Assembly (NCBI GenBank): GCA_965216635.1
Contig: OZ244188.1
Location: forward strand, 1,728,001-1,792,000
DNA: 64,000 bases
Reading direction: 5' to 3'
Origin: a bacterium
GTDB taxonomy: Bacteria > SAR324 > XYD2-FULL-50-16 > G965216635
Part shown: positions 28,357 to 37,329 of the stretch, piece after piece
Numbering within the stretch: the stretch's first letter is position 1
Layout of the letters: each line of letters begins with the position of its first letter
Made by a program: the position numbers and the translations under genes
The notes under the pieces: generated by a model
Database searches by the model: none
What the model was told of the DNA's origin: nothing
The model's input: the letters and a program-made list of their open reading frames with translations, nothing else

Positions 28357-29259
28357 TTAATTTTCAAGGTTTCTTTTTTTCCTACGCCGAGGAAACAACC
28401 CAATAAAAGAGCCTAGTATCATAATACTCATAGCTACCGTAGTGAGTAGATTGATTTTTTCGTCTAAAAAAATAACCGAAAATATAATTCCACTAATAGG
28501 AACAATAATTACAAACAAAGAAGCTTTGGAACTTCCTAGTTTTAAACTGGTATAGCTAAAAAAAACAACTGCTATAAAAACAATTACCCCTTGATAAACT
28601 GCTTGAAAAAGAACTTCTCTGCTATCCGCCGTCCAAAGATTGCTTTCAAAAAAAATAAAATAGATGGGTAAGAAAATAACGCTAGAATAAAATACACTGA
28701 TAGATACTGACTGCATAGCGGGAATAGACCACTTTTTAAGCCCTATATTGTAACTTGTAAAAAAAAGTCCCGCCAAAATAAAGCATAAAACTCCTTTTAA
28801 AGTCGGCAGATTATTGGTGGCTGGTAAAATTCCTATCCCTTTCGCAAAAAGAAAAAATCCAATCAAAATCAAAGCTAAACTGTAGGCGACTTTGTAGGTT
28901 AATTTGGTGTGGTAAATGAGTAGACCAAAAACTGTGCTAAAAAAAATTACACAGATAGGAGCTATCAAAGCATAAGATGCGGGAACAAAAAGAAACCCTA
29001 AAGCTGAAATTGAAACATAGCCTATGCCTGAACCTAAAGTGAGGGTGGATGTTTTCCAAAAGGAGTGTTTTTGTTGGATTATAAAACCGCTACGACAAAG
29101 CACAGGCAGAGCAATCAAACAACCTGTGGCGAACCTTAAAAATATAGTATCTACTGCTCCCAGTTCACTAATTGCAGAATAGCGAGTGATGGGAAACCAA
29201 GCACCCCAGAGTAAAGTTGCGATTATCCCTGTGAGGTAGGGTAAAAAATTTTTCATCAA
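28357..29259 (-). CDS. EamA/DMT family transporter
   Basis: About 10 TM helices, LLWG...FLRF, and FLDEKI. Confidence 0.85.
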   Translation of the reverse strand: MMKNFLPYLTGIIATLLWGAWFPITRYSAISELGAVDTIFLRFATGCLIALPVLCRSGFIIQQKHSFWKTSTLTLGSGIGYVSISALGFLFVPASYALIAPICVIFFSTVFGLLIYHTKLTYKVAYSLALILIGFFLFAKGIGILPATNNLPTLKGVLCFILAGLFFTSYNIGLKKWSIPAMQSVSISVFYSSVIFLPIYFIFFESNLWTADSREVLFQAVYQGVIVFIAVVFFSYTSLKLGSSKASLFVIIVPISGIIFSVIFLDEKINLLTTVAMSIMILGSFIGLFPRRRKKRNLEN

Positions 29260-29444
29260 GTCTAAAAGATCTCTATATTTGTTTTGTTGACAAGTTAGCT
29301 CTATTTTATTTCTACTAGCTAGAAAAGTAAAGCATAAAATTTAGGTGATAGTAAAATTATAATTGCACTTGACTTTTTTTAAAAATCAGTTATAGTACGG
29401 GTGTCTATTGTGTAAATAATGGAATAGATCTATTTTTAATAGAG

Positions 29445-29608
29445 TGAATTTGCTTTTCTAGTTTAGCTGTACTGTGTTGAAAAAAATTTTAGCTCTTGCC
29501 ATTTGTGAAGAAATACTCTTCAGTATTCCGTAGTGTATACACATCTAGTGCTAAAATTTTTTTTCGTGCCTTGTCTGGCTTTCCTATAATGCTAAAGTTC
29601 AAAGGTCT
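29445..29608. mobile_element. Family A MITE-like element, degenerate
   Basis: TGAATTTGC ... GAAATAC-TCTTCA-GTATTCC ... TTCAAAGGTCT. A shorter copy lies at 30635-30725. Confidence 0.7.
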
Positions 29609-29620
29609 ATAATTTTTAAA

Positions 29621-29760
29621 ATATTAAACAGACAATCGCTCTGTTTTCGTTAATATTAAACAGACAATCGCTCTGTTTTCGTTAATATTAAACAGACAGA
29701 TATTGTCTGTTTTCGTTAAATAAAAACAGACAATCGGTCTGTTTTCGTTAAATAAAAACT
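29621..29760. repeat. About 32-bp tandem repeat x4, each unit containing palindrome AAACAGA-N7-TCTGTTT (longer loop in unit 3)
   Basis: Directly upstream of 29762. Two units precede the duplicate gene (about 30738-30812). Confidence 0.85.
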
Positions 29761-29761
29761 A

Positions 29762-30238
29762 ATGAAAAAACAAAATGTATTTAGTGTTGCGGACTATTTT
29801 ATTAAAAATATTGATGAAAAATTCCGTATAGATAATTTGAAGCTAAATAAATTAGTATATATTGCTTTTGGATTTGCTATATCTTTAAGAAAATCAACAT
29901 TATTTGAAGAGGAAATACAGGCTTGGAAGTGGGGACCTGTAATTCCTAAATTATATCATTATTTTAAGAAAGGTGGTTCTCGAAACATAGACAAAGTTTC
30001 CGATAAAGGAGCTAGTATAGAAGATAAATTTATTTTACAAGTACTAAATGTAGTAAAAGATATTTATGAAAGTAAAGAAGGTTTAGAGATGGTAGAATTA
30101 ACACATCAAACGGGAACTCCTTGGCACTATTTCTATGATGGAGCGCGAAATAAGACTATAGAACCAATTGTAATAAAAGATTATTATGATATTTTTATAA
30201 AAAATATGGAAAAGAAAAAAATTCTTGTTATTAGCTAA
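29762..30238 (+). CDS. Panacea-domain (DUF4065/SocA-like) antitoxin, copy 1
   Basis: NLKLNKLVY, LFEEEIQAWKWGPVIP and LTHQTGTPW. Confidence 0.88.
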   Translation: MKKQNVFSVADYFIKNIDEKFRIDNLKLNKLVYIAFGFAISLRKSTLFEEEIQAWKWGPVIPKLYHYFKKGGSRNIDKVSDKGASIEDKFILQVLNVVKDIYESKEGLEMVELTHQTGTPWHYFYDGARNKTIEPIVIKDYYDIFIKNMEKKKILVIS

Positions 30239-30244
30239 TTTTGT

Positions 30245-30616
30245 ATGGAAATTATGGATTCGGTAAAATTTACTCCTAAAGAACTAAACCTTTCAAATCG
30301 TGTATCTTTAGGAGAAGAAACAAAAGAAGGTTTTTATAGCATCTATCATAAAGAGAGGTATAAATTAGAAACAAATCTAATCAAACATTTTTTTTATGGT
30401 GCTATGAGAATTACATTTGTTTGGATAGGTGTTTTAATTATTGTGGTGGGGTTTCAAATTTTTTCAAAATACCAACTTGAGAAAATTCAATTCATTACTT
30501 TATTTAGCACCACTACTGCTACTATTATAAGTCTTTGGGGAACTTCAGGGTATTTGTTATTCAAGAAAAGCGAGACTAACCAATCACAATCAAAACTACA
30601 CAAAGATCATTTTTGA
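30245..30616 (+). CDS. Two-TM protein, putative cognate toxin
   Basis: 6 nt downstream of the Panacea gene; two hydrophobic helices; LFSTTT motif shared with 45964-46260. Confidence 0.6.
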   Translation: MEIMDSVKFTPKELNLSNRVSLGEETKEGFYSIYHKERYKLETNLIKHFFYGAMRITFVWIGVLIIVVGFQIFSKYQLEKIQFITLFSTTTATIISLWGTSGYLLFKKSETNQSQSKLHKDHF

Positions 30617-30814
30617 AAAATAAAATCGCTCAAATGAATTTGCTTATCTAGTTTAGCCTATGCAGCGTTGTAAAAAATTTTAGCTCCTTGTCTGGCTTTC
30701 CTATAATGCTAAAGTTCAACGGTCTATAATTTTTAAAATATTAAACAGACAATCGCTCTGTTTTCGTTAATATTAAGCAAACAGATATTATCTGTTTTCG
30801 TCAAATAAAAACTA

Positions 30815-31291
30815 ATGAAAAGACAAAATGTATTTAGTGTTGCGGACTATTTTATTAAAAATATTGATGAAAAATTCCGTGTAGATAATTTGAAGCTAAA
30901 TAAATTAGTATATATTGCTTTTGGATTTACTATATCTTTAAAAAAATTAACATTATTTGAAGAGGAAATACAGGCTTGGAAGTGGGGACCTGTAATTCCT
31001 GAACTATATCATCATTTTAAGAAAGGTGGTTCTCAAAACATAGACAAAGTTTCCGATAAAGGAGCTAGTATAGAAGATAAATTTATTTTACAAGTACTAA
31101 ATGTAGTAAAAGATATTTATGAAGGTAAAGAAGGTTTAGAGATGGTAGAATTAACACATCAAGCGGGAACTCCTTGGCACTATTTCTATGATGGAGCACG
31201 AAATAAGACTATAGAACCATTTGTAATAAAAGATTATTATGATATTTTTATAAAAAATATGGAAAAGGCAAACCTTCTTGTTATTAGCTAA
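30815..31291 (+). CDS. Panacea-domain antitoxin, copy 2 (recent duplicate)
   Basis: Near-identical to 29762-30238; followed only by the first 9 codons of the partner gene (31298-31324). Confidence 0.88.
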   Translation: MKRQNVFSVADYFIKNIDEKFRVDNLKLNKLVYIAFGFTISLKKLTLFEEEIQAWKWGPVIPELYHHFKKGGSQNIDKVSDKGASIEDKFILQVLNVVKDIYEGKEGLEMVELTHQAGTPWHYFYDGARNKTIEPFVIKDYYDIFIKNMEKANLLVIS

Positions 31292-31489
31292 TTTTGTATG
31301 GAAATTATGGATTCGGTAAAATTTTTTTTCATCAAGTCTAAAAAATCTCTATATTTGTTTTTATATTTCCAATAATTTCACTTCACCCCCTTATAATAAG
31401 CAGTTTCATTTCAGCAGTTTCATTTCAGCAAGAAAACCCAAAATTAATTATAATATTTTTATCATAAACTAGATTTAAATAAAAAAAAT

Positions 31490-31826
31490 TTAAAAATAAA
31501 ATAATTTTTGTAAGTGCACTACTATTTCTGTTGCTTCGTCAGTAGTGATTCTACCTAATTTCTTTTTTAATCTTTGTTTGCTGACTGCTCTAATTTGATC
31601 TAGCAACGCAAAACCTGTTTTATTATCAAACTTAATAGGTACTCTATACGGGTAATTAAAGGTTTTTTTATGGCTGGTTAATGGGACAACAATCTACCGT
31701 ACCCAAAAAAGTGTTTATTTCGTTAGGAGAAACAATAACACAAGGTCTTATTTTTTGGATTTCATTTCCAATAGTTTGCCCTGGTGAAATAATATAAACA
31801 TCAAACCTTTCAAATTTTATTCCCAT
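31490..31826 (-). pseudogene. MazF/PemK family toxin with a 1-nt frameshift
   Basis: MGIKFERFDVY...GNEIQKIRPCVIVSPNEIN...GTV, then an extra G at about 31694, then IVVPLTS...LLDQIRAVSKQRL. Length 337 nt = 3n+1. Confidence 0.85.
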
Positions 31827-32098
31827 TCTAATTCACTCTCGTCCACTAGGCTATCGTCGTTTATGAAATCCCAAAAGACGCCTTCATCTTTTTTACCTTT
31901 GTTTTTCTCTATAATTTTTTTTGTATGTTCTGCCCACCCTGTTCTTGGATGCTTTACATTTTGTTTTAATAACAAGCCTTCTTTAACTATTTTAAGCACA
32001 ATATTCTGTTTTTTTTCCAGTGCTTTTTGGATAGCAAGATAAGGTATTTGAAATTCATTGGAATTACTTGCCTTTATTAAAGTTGCTTTTGTTCTCAT
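31817..32098 (-). CDS. AbrB/MazE-type antitoxin
   Basis: LIKASNSNEFQIP...GLLLK...PRTGW and an acidic tail ending EWE; overlaps the toxin start. Confidence 0.7.
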   Translation of the reverse strand: MRTKATLIKASNSNEFQIPYLAIQKALEKKQNIVLKIVKEGLLLKQNVKHPRTGWAEHTKKIIEKNKGKKDEGVFWDFINDDSLVDESELEWE

Positions 32099-32272
32099 AC
32101 TTGTTTTAGATTATTAATGTTTTATAGTAAGATTTTTGAATTAGCGGTTTGTCTAGCCGTCACATAATACTAATTCAAAAAGATTCATAGTGTATTATGA
32201 CTAAAAATATAAGTTTTTGCAATCTCAATTTGAGTTTTACTCTTTCATTTTAGCAGTTTCATTTCAACCAAT

Positions 32273-33919
32273 TCATTTTAATAGAGGAAAAAGAATCACA
32301 TCGCGAATGTTTTTTTGATCTGTGAGTAGCATTACCATTCTGTCTATACCTAATCCTATGCCTCCAGTGGGAGGCATCCCGTATTCCATAGCGTCAATAA
32401 AATCTTCGTCCATCGGATGCGTTTCTGTTTCACCCGCTCCTTTTCTTTTTTCCTGTTCTAGTAAGAGTTGTCTTTGATAAACAGGGTCGTTCAATTCAGA
32501 GTAGGCGTTGCCTATTTCCCAACCCATAATGTAAGGTTCAAATCTTTCAATAAGGCTATCGTCTTTGCGGTGCAATTTGCAAAGCGGACTAGATTCTTTG
32601 GGATGGTCTGTAATGAAAGTAGGTTGAATTAAATGTTGCGGGCAGAAGTGTTCAAAAATTTCATAGACAGCAATCCCTCTTTGATACTCTCCTTGTATTT
32701 CTATACTGTTGTCCTTGAGGATTTTGCTTAAATCATCATCGGACAGGGCGTCTACATCTATCTTAGCGTATTTTTGAATGGCTTCTTTCATAGGAAGTCT
32801 TTGCCAATCTCCAGCGAGTTCTACGGTTTTTCCATCGTAACTAAAACTTGTTTTTTGGTAAATTTTCAAACAAGCCTCTCTATAAATATTTTCAAAGTGT
32901 AGCATCATATCTTGGTAATCTGCATAGGCTTCATAAAATTCTAACATCGTAAATTCAGGATTATGAGTTTTGTCTATTCCTTCGTTGCGAAAATCTTTGA
33001 CTATCTCATAGACCTTATGAAAACCTCCAATAATACATCTTTTCAAAAAAAGCTCGTTGGAAATTCTTAAATAAAGTTTTAAGCCTAGCGCTTTGTGCTG
33101 TGTCTCAAAGGGATGGGCGTTAGCACCTCCGTAGATGGATTGCAGTGTCGGAGTCTCCACGTCCAAATAGCCTTTGCTTTCCATATAATCGCGAATACTT
33201 TTGATAATTTTGGATCTGTTTTGAAATGTCTGATATGTTTTTTGATTCAAGACTAAATCCAAATAACGTTTTCTGTAACGAGTTTCTTTATCACTAAATT
33301 CGTCATAAATTACTTTTTCATCACCCACTACTTTTTCTTTAGGGGCTGGAAAGGGTTGCAGTGATTTTGCTAAAAGTGTAAAACTATACACTCTTAAAGT
33401 AGTCTCGCCCATTCTGGTTTTAAAAAGCTCTCCTTTGACACCTATATAATCTCCAATATCGTAGTTTTTTAGTTGCTCGTAAGTCTCGCCTAAAATTTTT
33501 TTTCCTAAGTAAAGCTGTAAGCGAAAATGGGCTTCCCAGAGATCTAGAAAAGTAGTTTTTCCGTGCTCTCTGGTGCCAATAATTCTTCCCGCTAAAGAAA
33601 ACATTTGTTTGCTGGATGGTTTTTCGTCTGCTGACTGCTCGCTGGTTATTTGTTCTTTGGCTAGTTGTTCTTTGGCTAGTTGTTCTTTGGCTAATTGTTC
33701 TTTGGATATTAGGGCATCTGCCTTTTCTAATAGCTCTTGGATTGTATGATCTGGTTTGTAAGAATAGGGGTAAATATTGACACCAGAGGCTTTGATTTGC
33801 TCTAGTTTTTGCTGTCTCTGTTCTTTTTGGCTCTGTCCTTTTTGGCTCTGTTCTTTTTGGCTCTGTTCTTTTTGGCTCTGTTCTTTTTGGCTCTGTTCTT
33901 TTTGGTCGGTTTCGTTCAT
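32273..33919 (-). CDS. lysS: Lysine--tRNA ligase (class II)
   Basis: RYRKRYLDL, GGANAHPF, FRNEGIDKTHNPEFTMLEFY, and GMPPTGGIGLGIDR. Confidence 0.97.
   Translation of the reverse strand: MNETDQKEQSQKEQSQKEQSQKEQSQKGQSQKEQRQQKLEQIKASGVNIYPYSYKPDHTIQELLEKADALISKEQLAKEQLAKEQLAKEQITSEQSADEKPSSKQMFSLAGRIIGTREHGKTTFLDLWEAHFRLQLYLGKKILGETYEQLKNYDIGDYIGVKGELFKTRMGETTLRVYSFTLLAKSLQPFPAPKEKVVGDEKVIYDEFSDKETRYRKRYLDLVLNQKTYQTFQNRSKIIKSIRDYMESKGYLDVETPTLQSIYGGANAHPFETQHKALGLKLYLRISNELFLKRCIIGGFHKVYEIVKDFRNEGIDKTHNPEFTMLEFYEAYADYQDMMLHFENIYREACLKIYQKTSFSYDGKTVELAGDWQRLPMKEAIQKYAKIDVDALSDDDLSKILKDNSIEIQGEYQRGIAVYEIFEHFCPQHLIQPTFITDHPKESSPLCKLHRKDDSLIERFEPYIMGWEIGNAYSELNDPVYQRQLLLEQEKRKGAGETETHPMDEDFIDAMEYGMPPTGGIGLGIDRMVMLLTDQKNIRDVILFPLLK
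33826..33905 (-). repeat. In-frame 15-bp tandem repeat (QKEQS x5) in the lysS N-terminus
   Basis: Seen directly; a second 15-bp array (KEQLA x3) lies at about 33650-33704. Confidence 0.9.
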
Positions 33920-33959
33920 TTTTTTTATTTATTTGAAATTTTTGTACAACTCAAAGTTT

Positions 33960-34868
33960 TTATTTATATTTGATGGCAGCATAAATACCCACTAATACAA
34001 TAGCAGAACCTGTCATTTCTATTAGACTAACACCAATTCCTAGTAAAGTCCACTGGAAAAAGAGAGTAAAAATAGCAGCTAATGGTGTTAGCAAAACAAT
34101 TTTAGAAACTGGTAAAATTCGGCAGGCGTAAGAATAAAACAAACGAGCCATAAAGGGACCTAAAAAAGCAGCAATAGCAGCCCAAAATAAGATAGAAGAA
34201 CTGGAATGAAAAATAGCTTGAAGAGCAGGCGGAAAAATAAGTAACAGACATAAAGTAATCCCTAGTCTCCAAATATTGATAAAGGCGGGGTGGAATTTTT
34301 TTACGGCTTCTTGGATTATTAACTGCATACAGGCAAAAAAGAACCCAGAAAAAGCGGCTAAAAAAATAGGGTACAATCCTGCAACAAATTGGGAAAAATT
34401 AGCAGAATCCCATTTTAAAATTGAGATTCCTAAAAAAATCACAAAAACTGCTAGATTGACTCTAAAGCTCACCTTCTCTTTGAGAAAAAACCAACTCAAG
34501 TAAAGTACAAAAATAATCTCTGTTCTTTGTGTGAGTTGTGCTATCCCCGGTGAAATTTTTTGAATAGAAAAAAGAAACAATAAGTTACCTAAAATTGTGC
34601 ACAAAGCAAGCAAAAGGATAAAAAAAATAATTTTTTTTTGGGGCTTGCTTTTAATTGTAGGACTATCTTTTTTAGAAAGAATAAATTTCGTAAAAATATA
34701 AAATACAAAATTGAATAAAAAAGAAAATAAAAACAACCAAACGATAACTTGCCAAAAATTTGCACTCGCTTCTTCTAATTTTTTATAAACAAGTGGAAAC
34801 AAACCTACAGATAAAGTGCAAAAAAAGGTCAACAACCAGCCTAAAGATGTTTTTTGAGGAAATGTCAC
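33960..34868 (-). CDS. EamA/DMT family transporter
   Basis: About 10 TM helices; FFLKEKV motif. Confidence 0.8.
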   Translation of the reverse strand: MTFPQKTSLGWLLTFFCTLSVGLFPLVYKKLEEASANFWQVIVWLFLFSFLFNFVFYIFTKFILSKKDSPTIKSKPQKKIIFFILLLALCTILGNLLFLFSIQKISPGIAQLTQRTEIIFVLYLSWFFLKEKVSFRVNLAVFVIFLGISILKWDSANFSQFVAGLYPIFLAAFSGFFFACMQLIIQEAVKKFHPAFINIWRLGITLCLLLIFPPALQAIFHSSSSILFWAAIAAFLGPFMARLFYSYACRILPVSKIVLLTPLAAIFTLFFQWTLLGIGVSLIEMTGSAIVLVGIYAAIKYK

Positions 34869-34956
34869 TATAAAAGACTTGCTTTTTATTTTTTTTTAGT
34901 ATAAACTTTATATTTTTATAATACTAATAAATTCAATTTTAATAAATTAATTTTTT

Positions 34957-35577
34957 ATGAAAACATTTCAAGGCGCAAAAGGCAAGATAGTTCGTAGATT
35001 CGGAATCAATATTTTTGAAACGGATAAGTATGATAAAGTTCTTAATCGTAGAAAATATCCACCGGGTATGCACGGGCCCACTAAAAGAAGCAGTAAAATT
35101 TCAGAGTATGGAAAGCAGCTGATAGAAAAGCAAAAGATGAAATTTATGTATGGAATGACCGAAAAACAATTCCGTAATTTTTATGAAAAAGCAGAAAGAA
35201 AAAAAGGAGCTACAGGAATGAATCTACTTCAAATGCTGGAGACAAGACTAGATAATTTTATTTTCCGTAGCGGCTGGGCGGTTACGCGGGTCCAAGCTAG
35301 ACAACTGGTTAATCACAACCATATTTTGCTAAACGGCAAAAAAGCTAACATTCCTTCTATGATGGTAAAGACGGGAAACAAAATTGATATGGGTAAAAGA
35401 GCAGCTTCTCGCTCCCTCGTCAATCAATACATAGAAGAAAATCAATGGAGAGATGTACCAAATTGGATAAATTCTAGAAAAGAATCTTCCGAAATTGTAA
35501 TGGGACGCACACCAGAAAGAGATGAAATGCCAGCATTTTTGAACGAACAGTTAGTAGTAGAATTATATTCCAAATAG
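34957..35577 (+). CDS. rpsD: 30S ribosomal protein S4
   Basis: PPGMHG, SEYGKQLIEKQK, LETRLDN, ARQLVNHNH and VVELYSK. Confidence 0.97.
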   Translation: MKTFQGAKGKIVRRFGINIFETDKYDKVLNRRKYPPGMHGPTKRSSKISEYGKQLIEKQKMKFMYGMTEKQFRNFYEKAERKKGATGMNLLQMLETRLDNFIFRSGWAVTRVQARQLVNHNHILLNGKKANIPSMMVKTGNKIDMGKRAASRSLVNQYIEENQWRDVPNWINSRKESSEIVMGRTPERDEMPAFLNEQLVVELYSK

Positions 35578-35720
35578 TTTTCCCTTAAAAAATCCCAATT
35601 TGCACTCTCAGCTGCGTTGCTTGAAATTTTTGTCCCTTGAAATATTATGTATATTCCTGCGGAACAAAAATTTTTCGCGCCTTGCTGTTCGCTAAAAATT
35701 GAAATTTTTTTTAAGGAAAA
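35578..35720. repeat. Family A-related palindromic element with different termini (TTTTCCCTTAAAAAA...TTTTTTAAGGAAAA), right after the rpsD stop
   Basis: Core GCTGCGTTG...CTTGAAATA..TATTCCTGCG...CGCCTTGC shared with family A. Confidence 0.65.
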
Positions 35721-35881
35721 ACACCAAAATTTAGCTAATTCATAAGTTTAAAAAACAACCAGAAAATAAACTATTTTCCTTAAAAACTGGTCGTTTAGCA
35801 CATAGTTTTTTATTATCTTATTCAGCTAAATCAATAGTTTAATAACTTTTTAAGAAACGACTAAGTAGTAAAAATTTCTAC

Positions 35882-36310
35882 TTGTTAAGAATGATAGAAA
35901 AACCCTGTTTTTTAGATAAAGACAAAAATATTTTTGCCTTCAAGGGTGAGATAAGTAAAGCCGAGATAAATAAAAGTGAGATAAATAAGGATGAGATAAA
36001 TTTGTTTTCAGAAGACTACAAGCATCAAAAAACGCACTCCCAAAATTCTAAACAATTCTCTTGCTTAGACCTACACAATTGTAACCTGAAAATCGCTGAA
36101 GAAAAGTTGCAGGAATTTATTTTATTCTGTAATGAAAAAAGAATCAAAAAAATAAAAATCATCACGGGCAAAGGGATTCATTCGGGAGAAAGAGGTCCGG
36201 TTATAAGAAATTTTATATTAGATTATCTAGAAAATCATCCCAATATTAAATGGAAATTTGCACCTCCTAAAAGAGGTGGAATTGGAGTTTTTGAGCTGAA
36301 AATTCCTTAA
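35882..36310 (+). CDS. Smr/MutS2 C-terminal domain protein
   Basis: LDLHN, IITGKGIHS and GGIG motifs. Start may be ATG 35891. Confidence 0.85.
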   Translation: MLRMIEKPCFLDKDKNIFAFKGEISKAEINKSEINKDEINLFSEDYKHQKTHSQNSKQFSCLDLHNCNLKIAEEKLQEFILFCNEKRIKKIKIITGKGIHSGERGPVIRNFILDYLENHPNIKWKFAPPKRGGIGVFELKIP

Positions 36311-36314
36311 AATT

Positions 36315-36615
36315 TTAAGAAATTTCTAAATTTTCTAGTCTCTTGATTCTTTCTTTCAAAGGTGGATGAGTAGGGAAAAGACTAGCAACATCTTTCCCGC
36401 TGATTTCCATACTTGCTTTTTCTGGTTGACTTGTATCTATTTTATAAGGAGATAAAAGAGCTAGCAAATCCAATAATTGTAGAAAAAACCAGAAAGAACT
36501 GGTAAGTTATAACACCAGCAAGGTAGTTTTGAGTATTAAAAAGAGATAAAACTATAGAAATCAGAGATAAAACTGCAATATTTACAGCTAAAAACCAGAA
36601 AATTCTTTTGAATAT
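36315..36615 (-). pseudogene. htpX: htpX remnant with a large internal deletion
   Basis: IFKRIFWFLAVNIAVL...IIGFASSFISL* is joined out of frame to ...ASMEISGKDVASLFPTHPPLKERIKRL. These resemble the HtpX N- and C-termini; no HEXXH remains. Confidence 0.8.
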
Positions 36616-36738
36616 TACATGTTTTTTGTTTTATTTTAATTTTTTTTCAAAAATTTAAAAATATTTTGTTGACATTTGACTAGAATTGTAGTCTTATGTA
36701 AGAAGTTTTATTACAATAATAATTTTCAAGAATATAAT

Positions 36739-36972
36739 ATGGACTTTGAAGTTGATGCAAAAATACTATCTGATGATAGTACCACAGAGCTTTACTGTGA
36801 AAAGATTAATTTTGAAACTTACCCGAATAGTTATAATCAAGCTTTCGCGGAAAGACAGTTTATGGAGCAAATCATGCTAGATCCTATAGAGAATGTCTAT
36901 GAAAAATTTCCAACTACTATGAGGACTAACCAAAGTCTTTTTCGTAATGGATTTTTGATATACAGGTATTAG
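36739..36972 (+). CDS. Hypothetical protein
   Basis: Only ORF in the gap, with TTGACA/TTGACT upstream; no recognisable motif. Confidence 0.35.
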   Translation: MDFEVDAKILSDDSTTELYCEKINFETYPNSYNQAFAERQFMEQIMLDPIENVYEKFPTTMRTNQSLFRNGFLIYRY

Positions 36973-37329
36973 GAACTTTTATGCAGAAAAGACGCAAGAA
37001 AAGTTTGTTTGTTGCCAGTAGTGAGCATATCGCATAAATAAGCTTTTCTCTGTGTCTCGCAAAATTTCACAGTTTCATATTTGTTTGTCGTTCTTCGGTG
37101 TTTGCACTTTTTTATAGACTCCACTATTTTTTAGTAGTCTTCTAAAGATACAAAACTGAAATTCCAAACTCTTCCGCATACAAATCTAGCCACCTACAAA
37201 AATATTGATTTTGCCTAACCAGTCGTTCCCCGTCACAAAAGTGGGACAGCCAAAAGTGAGACAAGAAAATTAGGGATTTATATGTTAAAAGACTATTTTC
37301 TTTGCTCACAAGAACAAGATTTTTTTGTT

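Noticed and set aside
29621..29760. CRISPR array (palindromic repeats of about 32 bp)
   Set aside because: Units are directly adjacent with no unique spacers, and no cas genes are present in the window.
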